DNA of 32,000 nucleotides from Dehalococcoidia bacterium (GCA_965247615.1 OZ252022.1:789233-821232); one strand, 5' to 3'. Numbered from the stretch's first letter, positions 19,162 through 28,317 are shown. Notes: generated from the sequence alone by a model not told the origin. Numbers and translations: made by a program.

Positions 19162-19510
19162 AGGCGTCTCCTGGCATGAAATACCGACGGATGCGATGCG
19201 GGACCATCATGCCGGCCGTCGATTAGCGCTAGTATAGCGCGGCCCCCGCCGCCGTCAAGACGACGCGCGCCCCCGCGCGACGAGTATCGCCACCGCCCCG
19301 CATACCTGCCGCGCCGGATTCCACCATCGGCCCTCCAATCGAGACCTCACGCCGGCGTGAGGCCGCGGTGGGTTGAGGACCGCCTGTGTGCCCGCGCGGC
19401 ATGTATTGACCGAGTTCGTTTCGCCAAGAAAGCTCTCGGTAGCGCGACGCATGACACCCGGGACAGTTGCTGCTATCCTCTCTGCTGTCATCCCAACATG
19501 ACGGGGGCGC

Positions 19511-20389
19511 ATGAGCACCAGCACCATCTACCTTGGCGATAATCTGAAGATTCTGCGCGGAACGCCATCGGAGTCTTTCCCTCTCATCTACATCGACCCC
19601 CCGTTCAATACAGGGAAAGTTCAGGCCAAGACACGCCTGCGAACGACTCGGGATGCAAACGGCGATAGGACCGGGTTTCAGGGGCAGCGCTACCGGACAG
19701 AGAAGGGCGAAACGCTCTCGTTCGTTGACGTGTTTGACGACTACCTCGCGTTTCTCACGCCGCGCTTGGAGGAGGCCCACAGGCTTCTCACTCCAACCGG
19801 CTCGCTCTATTTCCATATCGACTATCGGGAGGTCCACTATTGCAAGGTGCTCCTCGATAGAATCTTTGGGCGGGACAGCTTCCTGAACGAGATAATCTGG
19901 GCCTACGATTTCGGAGGTAGGTCGAAGCGCCGTTGGCCGGCGAAGCACGACAATATCTTGGTCTATGCAAAAGACCCTGAGCGCTACACGTTCAATACTG
20001 ACGCAATAGACCGAATCCCCTACATGGCTCCTGGACTGGTTGGACCGGACAAGGCGGCGCGGGGCAAGCTGCCCACGGATGTCTGGTGGCACACAATAGT
20101 CCCCCCTGGCGGCAGGGAAAGCACAGGCTACGCCACGCAGAAGCCCCTGGCTATCATGAAGCGCATCATAGCGGCTTCATCGAATCCGGGGGATGTTGTG
20201 ATGGACTTCTTTGCCGGCAGCGGTACGACCGGGATGGCCGCCCGTCAGCTTGGTAGAGCATTTATGCTCATAGACAACAATGAGGAAGCATTGAAGGTAA
20301 TGGCCAAGCGATTTGATGGTCTGCCGGACGTCCGGTTTATTGACTTCGACCCGACGCCCTATCAATCAGGCCATCTGGTGTTGGCCTGA
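19511..20389 (+). CDS. Site-specific DNA methyltransferase (beta-class, N6-adenine/N4-cytosine type)
   Basis: 292 aa; motif IV LIYIDPPFNTGK, then C-terminal TQKPLAIMKRII...DVVMDFFAGSGTTGMAARQLGRAFMLIDNNEEAL (motif I). Confidence 0.9.
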   Translation: MSTSTIYLGDNLKILRGTPSESFPLIYIDPPFNTGKVQAKTRLRTTRDANGDRTGFQGQRYRTEKGETLSFVDVFDDYLAFLTPRLEEAHRLLTPTGSLYFHIDYREVHYCKVLLDRIFGRDSFLNEIIWAYDFGGRSKRRWPAKHDNILVYAKDPERYTFNTDAIDRIPYMAPGLVGPDKAARGKLPTDVWWHTIVPPGGRESTGYATQKPLAIMKRIIAASSNPGDVVMDFFAGSGTTGMAARQLGRAFMLIDNNEEALKVMAKRFDGLPDVRFIDFDPTPYQSGHLVLA

Positions 20390-20494
20390 CACAAGTACAG
20401 CGCAGATCAATGATCAGAAGTTCGCCGGCTCGTTGGACCACAAGCGACATCGCTCACTCGATGTCGTGCAACCCACGCCCACAAAGCTGTCGCG

Positions 20495-21727
20495 CTAGCG
20501 ACCACGCAGCGCCGCCATTACCTGCAGCAGCGCCTGCGTCACCGCCCGCCGCTTCACCAGCGGTCGGCGCGGCGGAAAGCGCATGCTCCCGCTTGTGCCG
20601 CCGCCCTCCCACGCCACGCCCACGAACACCGTGCCCGGGTCCACACCGTCGGCGGGCTCCGGCCCAGCCACGCCCGTGACCCCCACCCCCAGGTCTGCGC
20701 CAAGCTGCTCACGCGCCGCCCGCGCCATCTCCGCGGCTGCGGCGGCGCTCACCTCTCCGTGCTCCTTCAGGACAGCCCGGTCCACCCCGAATGCCCCGCC
20801 GGCGCTGGGCTGGTACGCCACGATGCTGCCCAGAAAGAAGTCGGAGCTGCCCGGTACGTCGCTGATCAGGCTCGACAGCAGGCCCCCCGTGCACGACTCC
20901 ATCGCCGCCAGCGTCAGCCCCTCCTCCCGGAGCCGTGCCCCCACCTGGCCCTCCGCCGTGTCGCCGTCCACCCCCCAGATGGAGGGCCCCAGCGCCTCCC
21001 GGATCTCCCGCTCCACGGGCTCGATGAGCTTCAGCGCCGCCGCCTCCGTCGGCGCCCGCGCGATCACCCGCAGGTGTATCCCGTCCTGCCGTGCGTAGAT
21101 GCCCAGGTACGGGTTTTCCTTGTTGAACAGGTGCTCCACCGTGTCCCCCGCCGCGGCTTCCGACAGCCCAAAGGTCTTCAGCGTCCGCGAGAGGATGATC
21201 GTGCCCGTCGCCCGCTCCCGCAGGCGCGGCGCCACCTGGTGCTCCCACATGTGCTCCATCTCAGAAGGCACGCCCGGCATCGTCACGATGGTCCGCCCAC
21301 CCTTCTCCGCCCACCAGCCCGGCGCCGTCCCCATCGGGTTGCGAAGCACCGCCGCCGACGCTATTCGCTCCGCCTGCTGGATGTTCCCCGCCGGCATGGG
21401 GCCCGCGTTGCGGGAGCGAAAGTTGGCCTCCAGCTCCGCCAGCAGCTCCTGGTCGATCTCGACCTCCTCCCCCAGCACCTCCGCGATGGCGTGGCGCGTC
21501 ATATCGTCCTTGGTGGGGCCCAGCCCGCCCGTGACGAAGATCATCTCAGAGCGGCCCAAACCCCGCTCCAGGGACTCCGTCAGCTCCGCCATCTCGTCCC
21601 CTACGATGCTGATCGCGTGCAGGTCCACTCCCAGCGCGGGCAGCCGGCTGGCGATGTGCGCCGAGTTCGTGTCTACAATCTCGCCCATCAGGATCTCAGT
21701 GCCGAATGCCAGGATCTCTGCGCGCAT
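20495..21727 (-). CDS. cinA: CinA family protein (competence/damage-inducible; nicotinamide-nucleotide amidohydrolase)
   Basis: 410 aa; EILAFGTEILMGEIVDTNSAHIASRLPALGVDLH, FVTGGLGPTKDD, C-terminal TLAAMESCTGGLLSSLISDVPGSSDFFLGSIVAY. Confidence 0.93.
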   Translation of the reverse strand: MRAEILAFGTEILMGEIVDTNSAHIASRLPALGVDLHAISIVGDEMAELTESLERGLGRSEMIFVTGGLGPTKDDMTRHAIAEVLGEEVEIDQELLAELEANFRSRNAGPMPAGNIQQAERIASAAVLRNPMGTAPGWWAEKGGRTIVTMPGVPSEMEHMWEHQVAPRLRERATGTIILSRTLKTFGLSEAAAGDTVEHLFNKENPYLGIYARQDGIHLRVIARAPTEAAALKLIEPVEREIREALGPSIWGVDGDTAEGQVGARLREEGLTLAAMESCTGGLLSSLISDVPGSSDFFLGSIVAYQPSAGGAFGVDRAVLKEHGEVSAAAAAEMARAAREQLGADLGVGVTGVAGPEPADGVDPGTVFVGVAWEGGGTSGSMRFPPRRPLVKRRAVTQALLQVMAALRGR

Positions 21728-21792
21728 ACGAGGCCCCTTCCCGTCAAGCTGTCACGGAGTATAGGGTGCCCCCGGCTGAGAGGCAAGGCGTA

Positions 21793-21814
21793 GGGGCGCC
21801 CCTCGTGGGTGCCC
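21793..21814. repeat. Dispersed hairpin repeat copy A
   Basis: gtaGGGGCGCCCCTCGTGGGTGCCC: 8-bp stem (one G-U) with a CTCGT loop; near-identical to copy B at 25734-25752. Confidence 0.5.
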
Positions 21815-21909
21815 TCACCCGTTGTCGCGCCAGCGACCCGCGTTGACACCCCCCACCCTCGACCGTACAATTGCGCCTACTCTCAATCGGTCGTCAAGGG
21901 GGTATCTCC

Positions 21910-23130
21910 ATGACCAGCAGCAGCCCACCTACCCTGCGCGTCGGCATCGCCGGCGTGGGTGGCGGCGCCAGCCAGATGGTCCCCGCCTTCCAGCGCCACG
22001 GCAACATCAAGATCACCGCCGCCGCCGACGTTGACGACGACGTCCTCGCCCGCTTCAAGCGCGACCTGGAGGGCGAGACCTATCGCAGCGTCGAAGACAT
22101 GTGCAAGAGCCCCAACGTAGACCTCGTCTACGTCGCCACCCCCAACCAGTTCCACACCGAGCACGCCCTCACCGCCCTCGACCACCACAAGCACGTCCAC
22201 CTGGAAAAGCCCATGACCCTGAACATGGAGGAGGCCCAGACCATCGTCAACACCGCCGAGCGCAACGGCCTCCAGCTCACCGTCAACGTCAAGCACAGCT
22301 TCGAGCCGCGCATCCAGAAGATCAGGGAGATCGTCCGTGGCGGCGAGCTCGGCAACCTGCGCATGATGCACAACTGGTTCTACAACGACTGGCTCTACCG
22401 GCCCCGCGTCGCCGAGGAGCTCGACCCACGCCTCGGCGGCGGCGTCGTCTGGCGCCAGGGCCCCCACCACTTCGACATCATCCGCACCATCGGCGGCGGC
22501 ATGCTCCGCAGCGTCCGCGCCATGACCGGCCTCTGGGACGACACCCGCCCCGTCACCGGCGCCTTCGCCGCCTTCCTCGAGTTCCAGGACGGCGCCGCCG
22601 CCACCTCTGTCTACAACGGCTACGACCGCTTCCACTCCAACGACCTCGTCTTCGACGTCGGCGAGCCCTACCAACCCCCGGACACCGCCTCCTACGCCCG
22701 CGCCCGTAAGTCCCAGCGCCAACGCGGCGCTGACGCCGAGGTCGAGGCCAAGCGCGCCAACCGCTACGGTGGCGGCAACGCCCCCGCACCCGCCGGTCAG
22801 ACCCCCACAGCCGCCGCCCGTAGGCCCACCGGCGCCTACATCCTCGGCGGTCCCGAGGTGATAAGCCTCGACCTCGCCGACATCCGCCTCACTCCCGCGG
22901 GCATCATGGTCTACGGCCCCGACGACCGCTACGAGATCGACCTCACCAGCGACCGCGATGGCCGCGACGGCATCATCGCGCAGGTCTACAACGGCATCGC
23001 CCACAGCCGGCCCCCAACCCCCGACGGCCGGTGGGGCATGGCCACCCTGGAGGTGCTGCTCGCCGTCAACCAGTCGGGCGCAGAGCACCGCGAGGTGCTC
23101 CTCTCCCACCAGGTTCCCTCCAAGGACTGA
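21910..23130 (+). CDS. Gfo/Idh/MocA family oxidoreductase
   Basis: Start ATG 21910; RVGIAGVGGGASQMVPAFQRH, VDLVYVATPNQFHTEHALTALDHHKHVHLEKPM. Confidence 0.9.
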   Translation: MTSSSPPTLRVGIAGVGGGASQMVPAFQRHGNIKITAAADVDDDVLARFKRDLEGETYRSVEDMCKSPNVDLVYVATPNQFHTEHALTALDHHKHVHLEKPMTLNMEEAQTIVNTAERNGLQLTVNVKHSFEPRIQKIREIVRGGELGNLRMMHNWFYNDWLYRPRVAEELDPRLGGGVVWRQGPHHFDIIRTIGGGMLRSVRAMTGLWDDTRPVTGAFAAFLEFQDGAAATSVYNGYDRFHSNDLVFDVGEPYQPPDTASYARARKSQRQRGADAEVEAKRANRYGGGNAPAPAGQTPTAAARRPTGAYILGGPEVISLDLADIRLTPAGIMVYGPDDRYEIDLTSDRDGRDGIIAQVYNGIAHSRPPTPDGRWGMATLEVLLAVNQSGAEHREVLLSHQVPSKD

Positions 23131-23170
23131 TCCCGCTCCCCCGGAGCGGCGGCCACCCCCGCAAGAAAGC

Positions 23171-23202
23171 GAAGAGCGGCTGCTCATGAGCAGCCGCTCT
23201 TC
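23171..23202. terminator. Perfect 32-nt palindrome between convergent genes
   Basis: GAAGAGCGGCTGCTCA/TGAGCAGCCGCTCTTC, 16-bp arms, between 3' ends of 21910..23130 (+) and 23264..24334 (-). Confidence 0.7.
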
Positions 23203-23263
23203 CTATTCGCTCTTCAGCGCCGCCGTGCGCTCGCCCGGCGACCCGGCCCATCGCTCAGGCGGC

Positions 23264-24334
23264 CTACTGCCACCTGGCGAAGCACCACCCGCCGCCCGTG
23301 CCCGCCGGTGAACGGTACACCGGCACGTACTCCAGCAGCTCCATCTCCAGGTGCTCCACCGTCGCCGATGCCGCAATCCAGTTCTGTATCTCAGACGCCG
23401 CCGAGTTCAGCTGCCGCCGCGGCAGCGACCCCAACAACGCTCCGTCCCGCTCCCGCATCCCCTTCAGCGCCAGCTGGTCCACCTCCTCGTCCACCACAAA
23501 GTGGCTCAGCCCCCCGGATCCCACCACGCACACCCGCTTGTCGCTGTCCCAGGACTTCACCGCCTCGCCGATCGCCTTCCCCAGCGCGTACGACCGCCGC
23601 GGCGTCGGCTGGTTCGGCGGGTAGCACGTGTTCTGGAACACCGGCACTATCGGCACCGTCTTCCCGTTCATGATCCGCCGCACGATGAACGCGAACCCGT
23701 GCGGCAGCCCCTGCCGCCGCGGCTGCGTCGTCCGCGTGAAGACCGGCTCATGCCCGTTCCCTTCCCTCTGGTACCAGCGCGACACGTCCCCGCCGTACTG
23801 CTCCTTCACCTCGCAGAAGTGCGCCACGTCGAACCCGCCGTCTATCAGCGACTCTATGAGGTGCAGCCCCAGCGCCGAGTCCACCGGCACGTCCATCTCC
23901 ACGTCCCCGTAGCCCCACATCGAGTGCCGGTACGGTGACGTGGACCCCTCCGGCATCCGGTTCGGGATGATTGGTACGCTGTTGCCCCAATATATGGCGA
24001 AGGACGGCATCACGTGGTCGAAGAACCACTCGTCCTGGTCGTCGCTGATGATGACCACCACGTCCGGGTTGGCGTCCGCCATCGTCTGCTCCAGCGTCGC
24101 GATGGCCTTCTGGCACGCCTCGTACTGCCCGTCGAAGCGCTCCTGCGTCAGCAGCCCGGCAATCTTCGGGTCCGCCTTCGCCAGCACCTCCTCGTACGTC
24201 GCCGAATACCCGGTGCTCGGGTCCACGATGTCCGTGTTTCTCTTGTCGCCCTCCTGCGGCAGCGACCACATGTCCGGCGCCAAGCTCAGCATCGGGCTGT
24301 GGGATGTCCCGATTCCCAGCACTATCTCGGCCAT
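23264..24334 (-). CDS. Class III extradiol ring-cleavage dioxygenase (LigB-type catalytic subunit)
   Basis: 356 aa; LGIGTSHSPMLS, DVVVIISDDQDEWFFDHVMPSFAIYWG, CVVGSGGLSHFVVDEEVD. Confidence 0.88.
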   Translation of the reverse strand: MAEIVLGIGTSHSPMLSLAPDMWSLPQEGDKRNTDIVDPSTGYSATYEEVLAKADPKIAGLLTQERFDGQYEACQKAIATLEQTMADANPDVVVIISDDQDEWFFDHVMPSFAIYWGNSVPIIPNRMPEGSTSPYRHSMWGYGDVEMDVPVDSALGLHLIESLIDGGFDVAHFCEVKEQYGGDVSRWYQREGNGHEPVFTRTTQPRRQGLPHGFAFIVRRIMNGKTVPIVPVFQNTCYPPNQPTPRRSYALGKAIGEAVKSWDSDKRVCVVGSGGLSHFVVDEEVDQLALKGMRERDGALLGSLPRRQLNSAASEIQNWIAASATVEHLEMELLEYVPVYRSPAGTGGGWCFARWQ

Positions 24335-24420
24335 TCTCTCCTCCTCTGCTGGCGCCTTCGGCGCCCTCTTGATGTTGACGTAGCCTTCCCCCTACCGTCG
24401 TTCCCACCCCCCTCGCCGTC

Positions 24421-24440
24421 GTTCCCGCGAAAGCGGGAAC
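24421..24440. repeat. Hairpin of the GTTCCCGCGAAAGCGGGAAC dispersed type
   Basis: Perfect 8-bp stem GTTCCCGC/GCGGGAAC with GAAA tetraloop in the gap between the LigJ-like and LigB-like genes; the left part (cgtcgttccc) also occurs just upstream. Confidence 0.65.
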
Positions 24441-24556
24441 CCAGGGGCGGGGTTCCACGCCGGAACGAACCGCCTCACATTCACGCCCTCCACGACCCCG
24501 CAACCCTCCCCTACATGGCCGTCGCGCCAGCGACCTGCCGCCCAGTGTAGCGCAGT

Positions 24557-25561
24557 TTAGCTGCCGGCGCCAACGGAAAGGTGCGAAAACACCTTGCGCG
24601 CATTCCCCTCGAAGAGCTTCTGCTTGTCTTCGCCGGTGAGCCACTCGATCTCGTCCACGTATCGCTTCGTGTCGTCAAACGACTTCCCGGTGTCCGGATC
24701 GATGGCGTTGGCCGCCCCCACAAGCTCGGAGGCAAACAGCACGTTGTCGACCCCCACCGCCCGGATCAGCGTCTCCACCGCCTCCTTGCTGTAGATCGCC
24801 GTGTCGTAATACAGCTTGTGCATCGCATCCTCGAAGGGGCCCAGCCGCTCTCTGATGAACTGCGCCCGGTACCTCGCTATCTGGTACGGCATCGCGCCGC
24901 CCCCGTGGGGGACGATGAGCTTCAGCGTCGGAAAGTCCTCGAACACCCGCGACGTCAGTATCTGCACCACGGAGGCCGTGTCCCCGTTTATGTAGTAGGT
25001 GCCCGTCGAGTGCAGCGCCGGGTTGATGGACGAGCTCACATGCACCATCGCCGGCACGTCCAGCTCCACCAGCTTCTCGTACAGCGGGTACCACCACTCG
25101 TCCCCCAGCGACGGCGATACACCCATGCCGCCGCTCGGGTCCGGGTTCAGGTTGCATCCCACGAAGCCGAACTCCGTAACGCACCGCTCCAGCTCCTCGA
25201 TGCAGTTCCTGGGATTGACCCCCGGCGACTGCGGTAGCTGGCACACGCCCGTGAGCCTGTCAGGGTAGAGCTGGCACGCCCGGTGGATCAGCTCATTGCA
25301 CGTCTCCGTCCAGTACCGGCTCACCAGCTCCGTCCCGAAGTGGTGCCCCATCGATCCCGCCGTGGGCGAAAACAGCAGATGGTCCGTGCCCCGCTCCGCT
25401 ATCAGCTTGAGCTGATTGTTCTCCAGGGCGGTCTGGATCTGCTCATCGGCGATGCCCGGGTTTCCCTTGGCTGGCCGGCCCAATCCGGAGATCTGCCGCC
25501 CGCGGTAGGCCTGCAGCGGCGTCGGCGCCGTCGTGAAGTGCGAGTGTACGTCGATAATCAT
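24557..25561 (-). CDS. Amidohydrolase family protein, 4-oxalomesaconate hydratase (LigJ)-like
   Basis: 334 aa; MIIDVHSHFTTAP, LLFSPTAGSMGHHFG, CQLPQSPGVNPRNCIEELERCV.EFGFVGCNLNPDPSGG, VPHGGGAMPYQIARYR, DNVLFASELVGA, DPDTGKSFDDTKRYV; collinear with LigJ proteins as I recall them. Confidence 0.8.
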   Translation of the reverse strand: MIIDVHSHFTTAPTPLQAYRGRQISGLGRPAKGNPGIADEQIQTALENNQLKLIAERGTDHLLFSPTAGSMGHHFGTELVSRYWTETCNELIHRACQLYPDRLTGVCQLPQSPGVNPRNCIEELERCVTEFGFVGCNLNPDPSGGMGVSPSLGDEWWYPLYEKLVELDVPAMVHVSSSINPALHSTGTYYINGDTASVVQILTSRVFEDFPTLKLIVPHGGGAMPYQIARYRAQFIRERLGPFEDAMHKLYYDTAIYSKEAVETLIRAVGVDNVLFASELVGAANAIDPDTGKSFDDTKRYVDEIEWLTGEDKQKLFEGNARKVFSHLSVGAGS

Positions 25562-25733
25562 CGTTGCCTCTCTGGCGCAGTCTGGGCTGAATTCTGTTCA
25601 CACGGCGCCTCGCCCAGGCGCGGCGAAGCCGATGCCTGCCGGCGCGTGCGTTGCCCTGCGCACTGCCCGTATGGTACGACAGAGACCGGGCTTGTCAATC
25701 CTGCCTTCACCGCCGCCGTCGCCGTACCGTAGA

Positions 25734-25752
25734 GGCGCCCCTCGTGGGCGCC
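25734..25752. repeat. Dispersed hairpin repeat copy B
   Basis: GGCGCCC-CTCGT-GGGCGCC, perfect 7-bp stem, with the same loop and flank (gtag.ggcgcccctcgtggg.gcc) as copy A at 21793-21814. Confidence 0.5.
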
Positions 25753-25763
25753 AGCCCTGTCCC

Positions 25764-25961
25764 CTACTCTCCAAGCGGCCGCAGCGCGATGTGCCAGTAG
25801 TGGAGGTACTCCGTGTGCGGCGCTCCGTCCAGGCACAGCAGCATCGCCGCGTCCTTGAGATGGTCCCCGCACACCAGGCGGTGTCCGCCGCCGTCCTCCT
25901 CGTCGCAGAGTATCCAGGCCTCGTACTCCGCGCGCTGGGCGCAAAACACACAGTTCATCAC
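25764..25961 (-). CDS. Small cysteine/histidine-containing protein, possibly zinc-binding
   Basis: 65 aa MNCVFCAQRAEYEAWILCDEEDGGGHRLVCGDHLKDAAMLLCLDGAPHTEYLHYWHIALRPLGE; CxxC...C..H pattern. Confidence 0.5.
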   Translation of the reverse strand: MMNCVFCAQRAEYEAWILCDEEDGGGHRLVCGDHLKDAAMLLCLDGAPHTEYLHYWHIALRPLGE

Positions 25962-26230
25962 ACCCGCCCTCTCTGAAGTGGGCCGCCCCGGCTCCGCGCT
26001 CCATGAGAACAGCCCCCCCGTGAAGAGTCAAGCGTCCCCGTCCGCTGCGGGCAATCCAAAGCGCCAGTGACCCCGCGACCACCGCACCGCATGCCGTCGC
26101 GCCATCGATCCACCGCAGCGACATCGCGACCCCCCCACTGCCCGTCGCGGCAGCGACCCAGCCTCTAGGCAGTCCTGCAGCCCCATGATAGGATGCCCTG
26201 GCGCTCAGCCGCGGCGATCGGGGGACCACC

Positions 26231-27454
26231 ATGCCCGGACCACTGGAAGGCCTCACCGTCCTGGACCTCACCTGGGTCCTCTCCGGCCCCTACTGCACCA
26301 TGGTCCTCGCCGACCAGGGCGCCCAGGTCATCAAGGTCGAGCGCCCGGAGCTGGGCGACGCCTCCCGGGGCACCGGTCCCTTCGTCTCCCCCAACGGCCC
26401 CGTCCGCAGCCAGGCCGAAGGCATCAGCGCCTACTTCATGAGCATCAACCGCAACAAGCAGAGCATCACCCTCAACCTGGCCGTCCCACGCGGCCAGGAG
26501 CTCTTCCGCGACCTCGTCCGGCACGCCGACGTCGTCGTCGAAAACTACACCCCCGGCACCATGGCCAAGTGGGGCCTCGACTACGCGAGTCTCCAGGACG
26601 TCAACCCCCGACTCATCTACTGCGCCATCTCCGGCTTCGGGCAGACCGGCCCCTACGCCCAGCGCCCCGCCCTCGATATCATCGTCCAGGCCATGGGCGG
26701 CATCATGAGCATCACCGGCGAGCCCGGCCGCGGCCCCATGCGCGTCGGCGCCTCCGTCGGCGACATCATCGCCGGGCTCTTCGCCGCCGTCGGCATCTGC
26801 GCCGCCCTCCATGAGCGCGAGCGCTCCGGACGCGGCCAGATGCTGGACCTCAGCATGCTCGACTGCCAGGTTGCCACCCTAGAAAACGCCTTCGCCCGCT
26901 TCTTCGCCACCGGCGAGGTCCCCGGGCCCATCGGGACCCGCCACCCTTCCGCCACCCCCTTCCAGGCCTTCCCCACCAGCGACGGCTGGATCGTCGTCGC
27001 CATCTTCGGCGGCAACCCCGCACACTGGGCCCTCTTCTGCTCCGCCATCGATCGCCCCGACTTCATCGACGACGAGCGCTTCCAGACCGCCTGGGACCGC
27101 ACCCTCCATATCGACGTCCTCGAGCCCGCCATCAGCGAGGCCATGCGCCGCAAGACCACCGCCGAGTGGGAGGACGAGCTGATCGCCCTCGGCGTTCCCG
27201 CCGGCCCCGTCAAGAACGTGGCCCAGGTTGCGGAGGACCCCCAGGTGCAGGCGCGTCAGATGCTCACCGCCATCCCGGACTCGCGCCTCGGCACGTGGAA
27301 GCACGTCGGCACGCCCCTCCGCCTTTCCCGCACCCCGGGCGGCGTCGTCTCGGAGCCCCCGGACCTTGGCGTCCACACAACCGGCGTCCTGATGCGGCTC
27401 CTGGGCATGGACGAGGCCGAGGTTGACGCCCTGCGCCAGGACGGCGTTCTCTAG
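26231..27454 (+). CDS. CaiB/BaiF family CoA-transferase (class III)
   Basis: 407 aa; LEGLTVLDLTWVLSGPYCTMVLADQGAQVIKVERPELGD, SINRNKQSITLNLAVPRG, ENYTPGTMAKWGLDYASL, CAISGFGQTGPYAQRPALD. Confidence 0.95.
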   Translation: MPGPLEGLTVLDLTWVLSGPYCTMVLADQGAQVIKVERPELGDASRGTGPFVSPNGPVRSQAEGISAYFMSINRNKQSITLNLAVPRGQELFRDLVRHADVVVENYTPGTMAKWGLDYASLQDVNPRLIYCAISGFGQTGPYAQRPALDIIVQAMGGIMSITGEPGRGPMRVGASVGDIIAGLFAAVGICAALHERERSGRGQMLDLSMLDCQVATLENAFARFFATGEVPGPIGTRHPSATPFQAFPTSDGWIVVAIFGGNPAHWALFCSAIDRPDFIDDERFQTAWDRTLHIDVLEPAISEAMRRKTTAEWEDELIALGVPAGPVKNVAQVAEDPQVQARQMLTAIPDSRLGTWKHVGTPLRLSRTPGGVVSEPPDLGVHTTGVLMRLLGMDEAEVDALRQDGVL

Positions 27455-27504
27455 CGGACCCCCGCGCTGCACCGCAAATCCAAGACCGCGCAGGAGTGAC
27501 CACC

Positions 27505-28317
27505 ATGGGTGAGCTGGACGGCAAGGCCGCCATCATCACTGGAGCCGGCAGGCTGAGGGGCATCGGCCGCGCCACCGCCGTCGCCCTGGCCACCATGGGG
27601 TGCAACGTCACCGTCACTGGCACCGGGCGTGACCCAAGCACCTTCCCCGACGACGAGCAGCGCGCCGGTTGGCGGGACATCCACAGCGTCGCCGAGCTCG
27701 TCGAGGCCCAGGGCAGGAGTGCCCTGCCCCTCGTCGTCGACGTCACCGACAGCGCGCAGGTCCAGGACATGGTCGACCGGACCCTCCAGGCCTTTGGCCG
27801 CGTCGACATCCTCGTCAACAACGCCGCCTATCCCCGCGGTCCGGACCGCGTCCCCGTCGTCGACCTGGACGAGCAGATCTTCCGCTACGTCATGGATATC
27901 AAGGTCGTCGGCACCTTCCTCTGCACCCGCGCCGCCGCCCCCGCCATGATCCGCCAGGGCGAAGGCGGCCGCATCGTCAACCTCTCCTCCACCGCCGGCA
28001 AGCGCGGCCCCGCCAACACCGCCGCCTATGCCGCCGCCAACGGCGCCGTCCAGCTCTTCACCCAGTCGTCTGCACAGGAGCTCGCGCCCTACGGCATCAC
28101 CGTCAACGCCGTCTGCCCCGGCGCCACCGACACCGCCCGCATGGACGTCCTCGGCCGCGGCGATACGTGGGCCGCCATCGAGCGCGGCATCCCCCTCGGC
28201 CGCGCTGCCACCGACGAGGAGGTCGCCCAGTTCATCGCCATCCTCTGCACAGACGCCTGCTTCCAGATCACCGGCCAGGCCCTCAACTTCAACGGCGGCA
28301 CCGTCATGGAGCACTGA
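27505..28317 (+). CDS. SDR family oxidoreductase
   Basis: ATG 27505 with aggag 8 nt upstream; KAAIITGAGRLRGIGRATAVALATMG, VDILVNNAAYP, YAAANGAVQLFTQSSAQELAPYGITVNAVCPGATDT. Confidence 0.93.
   Translation: MGELDGKAAIITGAGRLRGIGRATAVALATMGCNVTVTGTGRDPSTFPDDEQRAGWRDIHSVAELVEAQGRSALPLVVDVTDSAQVQDMVDRTLQAFGRVDILVNNAAYPRGPDRVPVVDLDEQIFRYVMDIKVVGTFLCTRAAAPAMIRQGEGGRIVNLSSTAGKRGPANTAAYAAANGAVQLFTQSSAQELAPYGITVNAVCPGATDTARMDVLGRGDTWAAIERGIPLGRAATDEEVAQFIAILCTDACFQITGQALNFNGGTVMEH

Noticed and set aside
16966-19179. 737-aa plus-strand ORF, the longest in the track
   Set aside because: It lies antisense to both Rieske oxygenase genes, which show clear motifs and domain order. Its sequence is Arg/Leu/His/Pro-rich shadow translation, typical of GC-rich antisense frames.
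19162-19510. Possible tRNA or structured RNA upstream of the methyltransferase
   Set aside because: I could not identify an acceptor stem, T-loop or CCA pattern. Short Ala/Arg-rich ORFs here are shadow translations.
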